64,000 nt of DNA from Longimicrobiales bacterium (GTDB taxonomy: Bacteria; Gemmatimonadota; Gemmatimonadetes; Longimicrobiales; Gaopeijiaceae): positions 2,080,001 through 2,144,000 of the forward strand of contig OZ220732.1 in assembly GCA_965116905.1 (NCBI GenBank), written 5' to 3'. A program made the translations under genes and the position numbers. Below are positions 10,680-18,611 of the stretch, piece after piece. A model generated the notes under the pieces. It was not told the DNA's origin, searched no databases, and saw nothing but the letters and a program-made list of their open reading frames with translations. Every line of letters starts with the position of its first letter. The first letter of the stretch is position 1.

Positions 10680-11261
10680 ATGGCCCTTGTCCCCTCCACG
10701 ATGCTCGAGCTCGGCAGCCCGGCCGCCGACTTCTCGCTTCCCGAGCCGGCCACCGGCCGTTCGGTCCGACTCGCGGACTTCGACGGCTCGGCCGCGCTGC
10801 TCGTCGCGTTTCTCTCCAACCACTGCCCATTCGTCAAGCATATCGCGGACCGCCTGGCAGCCGTGGCGGCCGACTACGAATCGCGGGGCGTCGCCATCGT
10901 GGGAATCAACGCCAACGATGTCGCGAACTACCCGGATGACAGCCCCCAGCGGATGAAGGACGAGGTCCGGCGCCGGGGCTACACGTTCCCGTACCTCTTC
11001 GACGAGTCGCAGGAGGTGGCAAAGGCCTACCGCGCGGCGTGCACGCCCGACTTCTTCCTCTTCGATGCCGACCGCTGCCTCGTGTACCGGGGGCAGTTCG
11101 ATTCGAGCCGGCCGTCGTCGGGGGTGGCCGTGTCGGGGGACGACCTCTGCGCGGCGATGGACGCCGTGCTGTCGGGCCGCGAGCCCACCGGTGACCAGGT
11201 GCCGAGCGTCGGGTGCAACATCAAGTGGCAGCCCGGCAACGAGCCCACCTGGTACGGCTAG
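10680..11261 (+). CDS. Thioredoxin-like AhpC/TSA family protein
   Basis: SNHCPFV, YPDDS, YLFDESQEVAKAY.AACTPDFF, GCNIKW. Confidence 0.9.
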   Translation: MALVPSTMLELGSPAADFSLPEPATGRSVRLADFDGSAALLVAFLSNHCPFVKHIADRLAAVAADYESRGVAIVGINANDVANYPDDSPQRMKDEVRRRGYTFPYLFDESQEVAKAYRAACTPDFFLFDADRCLVYRGQFDSSRPSSGVAVSGDDLCAAMDAVLSGREPTGDQVPSVGCNIKWQPGNEPTWYG

Positions 11262-11285
11262 CGGCCCGGGCCGCCGCCGCGCCGG

Positions 11286-13064
11286 TTACGCCGCGCCCGC
11301 CACCGCCTGTTCGAGCAGCTGCCGTCTGAGCAGCGTCGCGTAGGTCCCTCCCTGCGCCAGCAGCTGCCGGTGCCGGCCGCGTTCCACGATGCGGCCGTCG
11401 TCGAGGACCAGGATCAGGTCGGCGTCCTTAACCGCGGTCACGCGGTGTGAGATGATGAAGGCGGTTCGGCCCTCGAGCTCCCCGCGCAGCCCTTGCAGGA
11501 TGCGCGACTCGGTCCGTGTATCCACCGCGCTGAGCACATCGTCGAGCACGAGCACCGGGGGATCGAGGGCGAGCGCGCGGGCCAGCGTGGCGCGCTGCTT
11601 CTGGCCACCCGACAGGTTGATGCCGCGCTCGCCCAGCCGCGTCTGATACCCGCTGGGGAATCCCCTCACGGTCTCGTGGAGGTGGGCCGCGATGGAGGCG
11701 CTTCGGACGCGCCGCATGATCTGGTCCGCTTCCCCGGATGCAGGGATCCCCAGCGCGATGTTGCGCCCCAGACGGGCCGAGAAGAGGAAGCTGTCCTGCG
11801 GGGCGAAGCCGACGCGACCCCGGATGTCGGCCGGGTCGTACTCGGGCAGTGGCGTGCCGTCGAGCAGAACTTCTCCCGAGGTGGGGTCGTAGATCCGGGC
11901 AATGAGCGAGACGAGGGTGCTCTTGCCGGACGCCGTCGGGCCGACGACCGCGATGGTCTGACCGGGTTCGGCGGTGAAGGTGATGTCCCGCAGAACGAGA
12001 CGCTCCGTGCCGGGGTAGCGAAACGAGACATCCCGGAACGAGATGGGTGCCGGGCCGGCGGGCGGGGTGGCGGGGGCAGCGGGGGCCGTGATGGAAGGCT
12101 CGGTCGCCATGATGCGGTTGATTCGGCCCATTGACGCCGCGCCGCGCTGGTAGAGGTTGACCACCCATCCCAGGGCGATCATCGGCCACGAGAGCAGCAC
12201 CAGGTAAAAGGAGAAGGCGACGAAGTCCCCCGTGGTGATCACGCCGGCCATCACCTGGCGTCCCCCGTACCACAGCACCACGACCATCGCCGCGCCGGTG
12301 AGCAGTCCCATGATGGGGTGGAATGCGCCGGACACGTATGCCAGGTGCATGTTCCGGCGGAGATAGTCGCGATTGAACCCGTCGAATTCGCTTGACTGCG
12401 CCTCCTCCTGCCCGTAGGCGCGCACGATGCGGACGCCGGACAGGTTTTCCTGCACCATCGTGGACAGCGCCGCGAACTGTTCCTGGATTCGCTCGAAGCG
12501 GTTGTGGATCGTCTTCCCGAACCAGGCCACGACCGGCGGCAGTACGACCATCGGCACCAGGGACACGAGGGTGAGCATCGGGCTGATCCAGATCATCAGC
12601 GCGAGCCCGAAGACGAAGTTGACGACCGTGTTCGCCGTGTACATCACCGCGGGCCCCACCGCCTGCCGCACGGCCAGCGTGTCGTTGGTGGCGAGGCTCA
12701 TCAGCTCGCCGGTGCGGGTTCCACCGTAGAAGCCCGCGTCCAGGCGGAGGAGATGCCGCAGGAAGTCGTTCCGCAGATCGACTTCGACCCGCCGGCTCAG
12801 CCCGTTGAGGATCTCGCGCATCCCGTACCGGGCCGCGTTGCCCACCAGTGCCACTCCCACGATCAGGAGCGCGTAGTGTACAATGGTTCGCCGGGTGGCA
12901 TCGGGATCGGCGCCGGCGTCCGCAGTCAGGGCGTCGATCGGCAGCTTCAGCAGGTAGGGGTTGGCCAGCGCGAATCCGTTGGCGAGTATCACCAGCACCA
13001 GGCCCCAGAACATGGGCCAGCGGTAGGGCCGGAAATACGGGAGGATGGTTTTGAGTTGCTTCAT
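11286..13064 (-). CDS. ABC exporter, fused permease/ATPase (MdlA/YheI-like)
   Basis: TM domain, Walker A GPTASGKS, LSGGQKQR, LVLDD, ISHR; start MKQLK. Confidence 0.92.
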   Translation of the reverse strand: MKQLKTILPYFRPYRWPMFWGLVLVILANGFALANPYLLKLPIDALTADAGADPDATRRTIVHYALLIVGVALVGNAARYGMREILNGLSRRVEVDLRNDFLRHLLRLDAGFYGGTRTGELMSLATNDTLAVRQAVGPAVMYTANTVVNFVFGLALMIWISPMLTLVSLVPMVVLPPVVAWFGKTIHNRFERIQEQFAALSTMVQENLSGVRIVRAYGQEEAQSSEFDGFNRDYLRRNMHLAYVSGAFHPIMGLLTGAAMVVVLWYGGRQVMAGVITTGDFVAFSFYLVLLSWPMIALGWVVNLYQRGAASMGRINRIMATEPSITAPAAPATPPAGPAPISFRDVSFRYPGTERLVLRDITFTAEPGQTIAVVGPTASGKSTLVSLIARIYDPTSGEVLLDGTPLPEYDPADIRGRVGFAPQDSFLFSARLGRNIALGIPASGEADQIMRRVRSASIAAHLHETVRGFPSGYQTRLGERGINLSGGQKQRATLARALALDPPVLVLDDVLSAVDTRTESRILQGLRGELEGRTAFIISHRVTAVKDADLILVLDDGRIVERGRHRQLLAQGGTYATLLRRQLLEQAVAGAA

Positions 13065-13944
13065 GTCGGGTCGGGGCGGCCTGCTCCGGGGTAGCGGGCT
13101 TAATACTAGCGGACTGCTGCTGACGGCGTGGCTTCCGCTTTGCGTGGCGTGTGGGCCTGCCGGGGACTCCGGGGGGGAGAGTGGTGGGGAGGAGGACGGC
13201 GGGTCCGTGCCGGGCGGGACGGTCGGGGACGCAGCGGAGCTGGACACCTTGTCGCCCGCGGCCGACACGGAGGATCCGGCAGTCGAGCCGCCGCTGGATT
13301 CGGTGCCGGACATGGTGCCGGACACAGCCCTCGATTCGGTGCCTGGGTCGGCGCTGGACACGGTGCCGGGGTCGGCGCTGGACACGGTGCCCGGGTCGGC
13401 GGGTGCCGACTCGCTGGCCGGCGATGCCCCGGAGGCCTCGGACTCGATGGCCGCGGCGGCGCCCGATGTTCTCATTCCGGCCGGAACCCGGATCAGCGTC
13501 CTCAGCGACGAGGACATTTCGACCGCCGACTACATGGTGGACGATCCCGTGGTCGCGACGGTTTGGGAGGATGTCATGGGCGTGGACGGGACCGTGCTCA
13601 TTCCGGCCGGGACCAGAATGCTCGGACGCGTCTTGGCATCGGTCGGATCGGGAGGGGCCGGAGAGGACCCGGTGCTGGAGATCGCGTTCGAGACCCTGTC
13701 GTCCTGGACCTGGGAGCGGCCCGTGGAGGGCACCGTGGCGGAGGCGCTCGTGGTCCTGGATCCCGCGGGGGACTTCGAGCGCCGTCGTGCGGAGGGGCGG
13801 CGGGCGGCCGTTACGATGGTGCCGGGCAAGATCATGGCCGGCAGCCTGATCGTCGTCGAATTGCGCGCGCCGGTGCTCGTGCCTCCGGCATTGGTGCTGC
13901 CGGACTCGGTGATGCAGGGCGACACCCTGCCGCTGCCGTCCTGA
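13063..13944 (+). CDS. Hypothetical lipoprotein with acidic repeat linker; start uncertain
   Basis: Lipobox-like CVACG, DTVPGSAL repeats, two VLIPAGT motifs in the C-terminal domain. Confidence 0.6.
   Translation: MSGRGGLLRGSGLNTSGLLLTAWLPLCVACGPAGDSGGESGGEEDGGSVPGGTVGDAAELDTLSPAADTEDPAVEPPLDSVPDMVPDTALDSVPGSALDTVPGSALDTVPGSAGADSLAGDAPEASDSMAAAAPDVLIPAGTRISVLSDEDISTADYMVDDPVVATVWEDVMGVDGTVLIPAGTRMLGRVLASVGSGGAGEDPVLEIAFETLSSWTWERPVEGTVAEALVVLDPAGDFERRRAEGRRAAVTMVPGKIMAGSLIVVELRAPVLVPPALVLPDSVMQGDTLPLPS
13295..13401 (+). repeat. Intragenic 24-nt tandem repeats (D-S/T-VPGSAL)
   Basis: GGGTCGGCGCTGGACACGGTGCC twice, plus degenerate copies. Confidence 0.8.
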
Positions 13945-14072
13945 TTTGGGTGGCCGACGGCGGGGGGTGGCCGACGGCTAGCGGGGGTAGCCGACGGCCG
14001 GGAGTGGCCGACGTCTACTGGGGGTGGCCGACGGCCAGGAGTGGCCGACGTCTACTGGGGGTGGCCGACGGC
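13941..14072. repeat. 37-bp higher-order tandem array derived from the ggt 3' end
   Basis: Core GT(G/A)GCCGACG at 13950, 13967, 13987, 14004, 14024, 14041, 14061 (spacing alternates 17/20). Confidence 0.9.
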
Positions 14073-15956
14073 GAGACCGCCCCGGCGGGGGTCCGACCAG
14101 CCCGATAGCGTGCCGTCCGGCATCACCATGATCAGCTGCACGTCGCCCGACATCCCGCCGGTGAAGTAGGCGTCGGGCGGCCCGCGCTCCCGTTCACGCA
14201 CGGTGTGGCCGCGCGCCTCGAGCGCTCGGACCGTGCCCTCCGGCAGCCCCCCGTGCTCGAACAGGATCGCATCCGGGAGGTGCTGGTGATGCACCCGCGG
14301 GGCGTGTACGGCCTGCACCACGTTCATCCCGTGGTCGATCACGTTGAAAACGGTCTGCAGGACGGTGGTGATGATGGTGGCGCCACCGGGAGTGCCGCTC
14401 ACCAGAAAGAGCGCACCGTCGGTGTCCTCGACGATCGTGGGGCTCATGGCCGAGAGCATGCGCTTCTCGGAGGCGACCGCATTGCGCTCGCCCTGAACGA
14501 GGCCGAACTGGTTGGGCGTGCCCGGCTTTGCGGAGAAGTCGTCCATGGTGTTGTTCAGGAAAAACCCGGCACCGTCCACGACCACCTTTCCACCGTACCA
14601 GGAGTTGACGCTCGTCGTCACGGCGACCGCGTTCCCGTCGCCGTCGACCACCGAGTAATGCGTGGTGTGACTCTCGTCCAGGAACGCCTCGACGCCGGGA
14701 CGGACCTCTTCGGACGGCGTTGCCCGCTCCATGGAAATCGTCGCAGCGCGGGCCTCCGCGTATTCGCTCGACGTGAGTTCGGCCAGGGGCATTTGCACGA
14801 AGTCCGGATCGGCGAGGTACTCGTTGCGGTCCGCGTAGGCGCGCCTGAAGGCCTCGGCCATCACGTGGATCGCGTCGGGCCCGTTCCACCCCAGCGCGGC
14901 AAGATCCCAGCGCTCGACCTGGTTCGCGATCGCGGCCATGGTCACCCCGCCCGAGGACGGGGGCGGCATCGAGTAGACCGTGTGGCCGCGGTACGTGAAC
15001 GCGACCGGGTCGCGCCACACGGCCTCGTAGCGGGCGAGGTCCTCCAGGGTGATGATGCCGCCGCCCCGCTCCATCTCGGCCGCGATGAGCGCCGCGGTCT
15101 CGCCCCGGTAGAAGTCGTCGGGCCCCTGGTCGCGCAGCCGCGTGAGCACGGCGGCGAGGTCGGGTTGGGAAAAGGTGTCGCCGATCCGCGGGACCTCGTT
15201 GCCGGGCAGGAAGACGCGTGCGCTCGCGGGGAAGGCCCGGATGCCGTTCTGGGCCGCCTCCAGGGTGGAGACCAGTCGCGTGGTGACTTCGAAGCCCTCG
15301 GCAAGGCGAATGGACGGCTCGACGAGATCGGCCCATTCCAGGGACCCGAAGCGCCGATGAGCCTCCCACAGGCCCGCGACCGTGCCGGGCACGCCTGCGG
15401 CCAGGTGGCCGACCACCGACCTGTCGGTGACGTTGCCGTCCTCGTCCAGGTACATGTCCCGCGTGGCCGCGATGGGCGCCTTCTCGCGGTGGTCGAGCGC
15501 GTGGACGGTGCCGTCGGCGAGCCGGACCATAAGGAAGCCGCCGCCGCCGAGATTGCCGGCTTCGGGGTTCACGACCGCCAGGGCCAGCCCCGTGGCGACC
15601 GCGGCGTCGACCGCGTTGCCCCCCCTTGCCAGGATGTCGGCCCCGACCCGGGACGCGTACTCGTCCGTTGTGGCGACCATTCCGTCGGTTCCCGTGACCG
15701 CACCGGCATCCGCCGGGAACGGCCAGCCCTCGGGAAACGCGCCGCCGGCGTCGACGAACGCGCTTGGGGAGGCCGGCGGCGTATCCGGCCGGGTTTCCTG
15801 GAGCGTTTCCGGCGGCTGACAACCGGCAGCGAGGGCCAGAAACGCGGCGTGGACCGCGAAACGGGTGAGGGCGCGGGGCCACCGGGCCGCCGCGGACCGG
15901 GTGAAGGCGAGCCGCGAACGGGCGCGGGGCCGCCTTGGTGTGGAGTCGATACTCAT
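14052..15956 (-). CDS. ggt: Gamma-glutamyltransferase (lipoprotein)
   Basis: GGNAVDAA, GNLGGGGF, DHRE, catalytic HTTHYSV, LNNTMDDF, GTPGG; lipobox LAAGC. Confidence 0.95.
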   Translation of the reverse strand: MSIDSTPRRPRARSRLAFTRSAAARWPRALTRFAVHAAFLALAAGCQPPETLQETRPDTPPASPSAFVDAGGAFPEGWPFPADAGAVTGTDGMVATTDEYASRVGADILARGGNAVDAAVATGLALAVVNPEAGNLGGGGFLMVRLADGTVHALDHREKAPIAATRDMYLDEDGNVTDRSVVGHLAAGVPGTVAGLWEAHRRFGSLEWADLVEPSIRLAEGFEVTTRLVSTLEAAQNGIRAFPASARVFLPGNEVPRIGDTFSQPDLAAVLTRLRDQGPDDFYRGETAALIAAEMERGGGIITLEDLARYEAVWRDPVAFTYRGHTVYSMPPPSSGGVTMAAIANQVERWDLAALGWNGPDAIHVMAEAFRRAYADRNEYLADPDFVQMPLAELTSSEYAEARAATISMERATPSEEVRPGVEAFLDESHTTHYSVVDGDGNAVAVTTSVNSWYGGKVVVDGAGFFLNNTMDDFSAKPGTPNQFGLVQGERNAVASEKRMLSAMSPTIVEDTDGALFLVSGTPGGATIITTVLQTVFNVIDHGMNVVQAVHAPRVHHQHLPDAILFEHGGLPEGTVRALEARGHTVRERERGPPDAYFTGGMSGDVQLIMVMPDGTLSGWSDPRRGGLAVGHPQ

Positions 15957-16014
15957 GGTGTCGGGTCGGCTTTCATTAAGTTGACAGGGCATTCACCCAC
16001 GGGGGCGATGAAAG

Positions 16015-16923
16015 ATGCTGGACGACCGCCTGACGGAGCAACGGAACCCTCGCAGCGAGGCCATCGATCGCCGTTCGTCGCTCGAGATCGTCCGGATCAT
16101 CAACGAGGAGGACCAATCGGTAGCGGGCGCGGTGCGCGGTGAGGCCGCCGCCATCGCGAAGGCCGTCGATCTGGCCGTCGCCTCGTTTCGAAGCGGTGGG
16201 CGTCTCATCTATGTGGGTGCGGGAACATCGGGTCGACTCGGTGTCCTGGACGCGACCGAGATGCCCCCTACATACGGTACCGACCCCGAGATGGTACAGG
16301 GCGTGATCGCCGGCGGCCTTCCAGCGCTGGTGCGGTCGCAGGAGGGCGCCGAAGACCATCCCGCGGACGGGGCGGCCGCCATGGATGACCGGGAGGTCGG
16401 CCACCGGGACTTCGTGATGGGGATCGCGACCTCCGGAACGACGCCGTACGTGCATGGGGCGCTGGCGCGGGCCCGCGAGCGCGGGGCGCGTACGGGGTTC
16501 ATCCTGTGCACGCCTCCAGGCCGCGCCCTGCGCGACGAGCACGATGTCGTGATCGCGCCGCTCACGGGTCCGGAGATCGTGACGGGCTCGACCCGCATGA
16601 AGGCCGGGACCGCCACCAAGATGGTGCTCAACACGCTTACCACGGCCGCGATGATCCGCTTCGGCAAGGTGGACGGGAATCTGATGGTGGACCTTCAGGT
16701 GACCTGTGAGAAGCTGCAGGATCGCGGCGAGCGCATCCTGATGGCGACACTGGGGCTGGGGCGCGACGGCGCGAGGGAACTGCTGGGCCGGGCCGAAGGG
16801 CACGTCAAGACGGCGCTGGCCATGCACCGGCTCGGCCTGGACCGCGGCGAGGCCAGGAAGGCGCTCGACCGCGTGGACGGGGTGGTCGGCGCGCTGTCTC
16901 CGGCGCGGGGCCGACATGGCTGA
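16015..16923 (+). CDS. murQ: N-acetylmuramic acid 6-phosphate etherase
   Basis: TEQRNP, GAGTSGRLGVLDA.E.PPTY, GPEIVTGSTRMKAGTATK, NLMVD. Confidence 0.96.
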   Translation: MLDDRLTEQRNPRSEAIDRRSSLEIVRIINEEDQSVAGAVRGEAAAIAKAVDLAVASFRSGGRLIYVGAGTSGRLGVLDATEMPPTYGTDPEMVQGVIAGGLPALVRSQEGAEDHPADGAAAMDDREVGHRDFVMGIATSGTTPYVHGALARARERGARTGFILCTPPGRALRDEHDVVIAPLTGPEIVTGSTRMKAGTATKMVLNTLTTAAMIRFGKVDGNLMVDLQVTCEKLQDRGERILMATLGLGRDGARELLGRAEGHVKTALAMHRLGLDRGEARKALDRVDGVVGALSPARGRHG

Positions 16924-18589
16924 GGGGCGCCCGGCACCGGCGATTCACTGGCTCATCCCCCTGACGCTGGTCCTGGTCCATCTCGTGCTGGCCTTCCTGT
17001 CGGCCCTGCCCTCGATCCACACGGGTGGCGACAACGCGGCGTACATCTCCCTGGCCAACTCGCTGGCCTCCGACGGGAGCTACGTGGAGACCTGGCATCC
17101 CGGGGCCCCGGCACACACCAAGTACCCGCCGCTGTATCCGGCGCTGTTGGCGGTGATGATGCTTCTGGGCGTCAAGACCTGGGGAGCCTTCAAGGCGGCG
17201 TCCATCCTGTTGACGGGACTTGCGGTCGCCACCTGTTTCCTGATGGTGCGGCGAGCCTGGAGTCCCCGGGCCGCAGTGGCCGTGGCCGCCCTCTTTGCCA
17301 TCGCCCCCGCCCTCCTGTTTTCCGCGCAGTGGATCCTGGCGGACCCGCTCTTCATCGTCCTCACCCTGACGTGCCTGTGGCTGCTCACGCCGGACCCGGA
17401 CGTGTCGGGGCGCTCACTGCTCCTCGGCCTCGCCGCCGCGATGGCGGCGTACTTTACGCGGTCCGCCGGACTGCCGCTGCTGGTCGCCGTCGCAGTCTGG
17501 CTGGCTCTGCAAAGGCGCTGGAAGCCCCTGGCGGCGTTTGCCGGCGTGTTGGCGGTGCCGGGTCTCCTGTGGCAGCTCCGTGCGGGTGCGGACTACGTGT
17601 CCGAGTTCTGGCTCGTCAATCCCTACGCTCCGGATCTGGGTCGCGCGGGCCCGGTCGAGCTTCTGGCAAGGGTTGCGGTGAACCTCTGGACCTACACGAC
17701 GGACTATGTTCCGGCCGGCCTGACGGGGCTGGACGGTGTGCCCGCCGGCGCGGTCGGCGTGCTGGTGGCGGCCCTTGCGTTTGCGGGGTGGCTGCGCCGC
17801 GTGCGCGCGGGTCCGGGCGTCCTCGAGATCTTCCTCCTCCTGTACACCGGACTCATTCTGGCCTGGCCCGCCGCCTGGTCGGGAGACCGCTTCGCGCTGC
17901 CCGTCTTTCCCCTGCTGCTGCTCTATGCCGGCGAGTCGGCCGCGCTGATGCTCCGGAGGTGGCTGTCGCGCCATCCGGATGCCGCGTGGTCGCGGTGGTC
18001 GGTCCGCGCCGTGGCGATCGCGGCCATCGCGGTGTTCCTCGTCCCTGCGGGCGACGTGTGGCGCCAGCGGGCCGGGTGGGCCGGCCAGTGCCGGGCCAGG
18101 CTCGCGGCTGGCGGCCCGATGGGGTGTGACCGGCATACCGCCGCCGAGTTCCATACCATGGCCCTGTGGGCGGGGAAGAACCTGCCCGAGGGTTCGGTCG
18201 TCTTCAGCCGCAAGCCCCGGCTCTTCCACGTCTTCAGCGGGCTGCCGTCGGTCACCTATCCCTTTACGACCGATGGCCGGAGCTTGCTCGTGCAGGCGGA
18301 CTCCATGAACGCGGGATACCTGGTGCGCGGCAACTGGGACTCCACGGGTCGCCTTTATGTCGATCCGGTGCTGCGGGCCGATCCGAACCGGTTCTGCGTC
18401 GTGGCCCAGCTTGGTTACGCGGGCGAGTCTCCGATCTCGATGCTGGCGATCATGCCGCCGGCAGCCGATGATGTCACGGTTCGCGACGAAACGCCGGCGG
18501 CCGTGTTGTCCTGCCCGGACGCCGTTAACCATGTGCTCCCCACCGCCGCGGAGATGGCTTCGATGACCATACCGATCCTTGATCGATGA
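16916..18589 (+). CDS. GT-C-fold (ArnT/PMT_2-like) polytopic glycosyltransferase
   Basis: TM1 followed by GGDNAAY...YPPLYP.LLA, roughly 11 hydrophobic helices, periplasmic C-terminal domain. Confidence 0.65.
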   Translation: MAEGRPAPAIHWLIPLTLVLVHLVLAFLSALPSIHTGGDNAAYISLANSLASDGSYVETWHPGAPAHTKYPPLYPALLAVMMLLGVKTWGAFKAASILLTGLAVATCFLMVRRAWSPRAAVAVAALFAIAPALLFSAQWILADPLFIVLTLTCLWLLTPDPDVSGRSLLLGLAAAMAAYFTRSAGLPLLVAVAVWLALQRRWKPLAAFAGVLAVPGLLWQLRAGADYVSEFWLVNPYAPDLGRAGPVELLARVAVNLWTYTTDYVPAGLTGLDGVPAGAVGVLVAALAFAGWLRRVRAGPGVLEIFLLLYTGLILAWPAAWSGDRFALPVFPLLLLYAGESAALMLRRWLSRHPDAAWSRWSVRAVAIAAIAVFLVPAGDVWRQRAGWAGQCRARLAAGGPMGCDRHTAAEFHTMALWAGKNLPEGSVVFSRKPRLFHVFSGLPSVTYPFTTDGRSLLVQADSMNAGYLVRGNWDSTGRLYVDPVLRADPNRFCVVAQLGYAGESPISMLAIMPPAADDVTVRDETPAAVLSCPDAVNHVLPTAAEMASMTIPILDR

Positions 18590-18611
18590 ACCTGCGCCAC
18601 TCGACGTCAGG

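Noticed and set aside
13065..13517. 150-aa N-terminal extension of the ABC transporter (similarly 3233-3541, 28747-29010, 59285-59584)
   Set aside because: ORF-caller over-extension into neighbouring genes; family homology starts at the later start codons
13941..14072. CRISPR array
   Set aside because: Units are contiguous with no unique spacers, derive from the ggt end, and no cas genes are present
15981..15986. TTGACA as the murQ -35 element
   Set aside because: No acceptable -10 at 16-18 nt spacing
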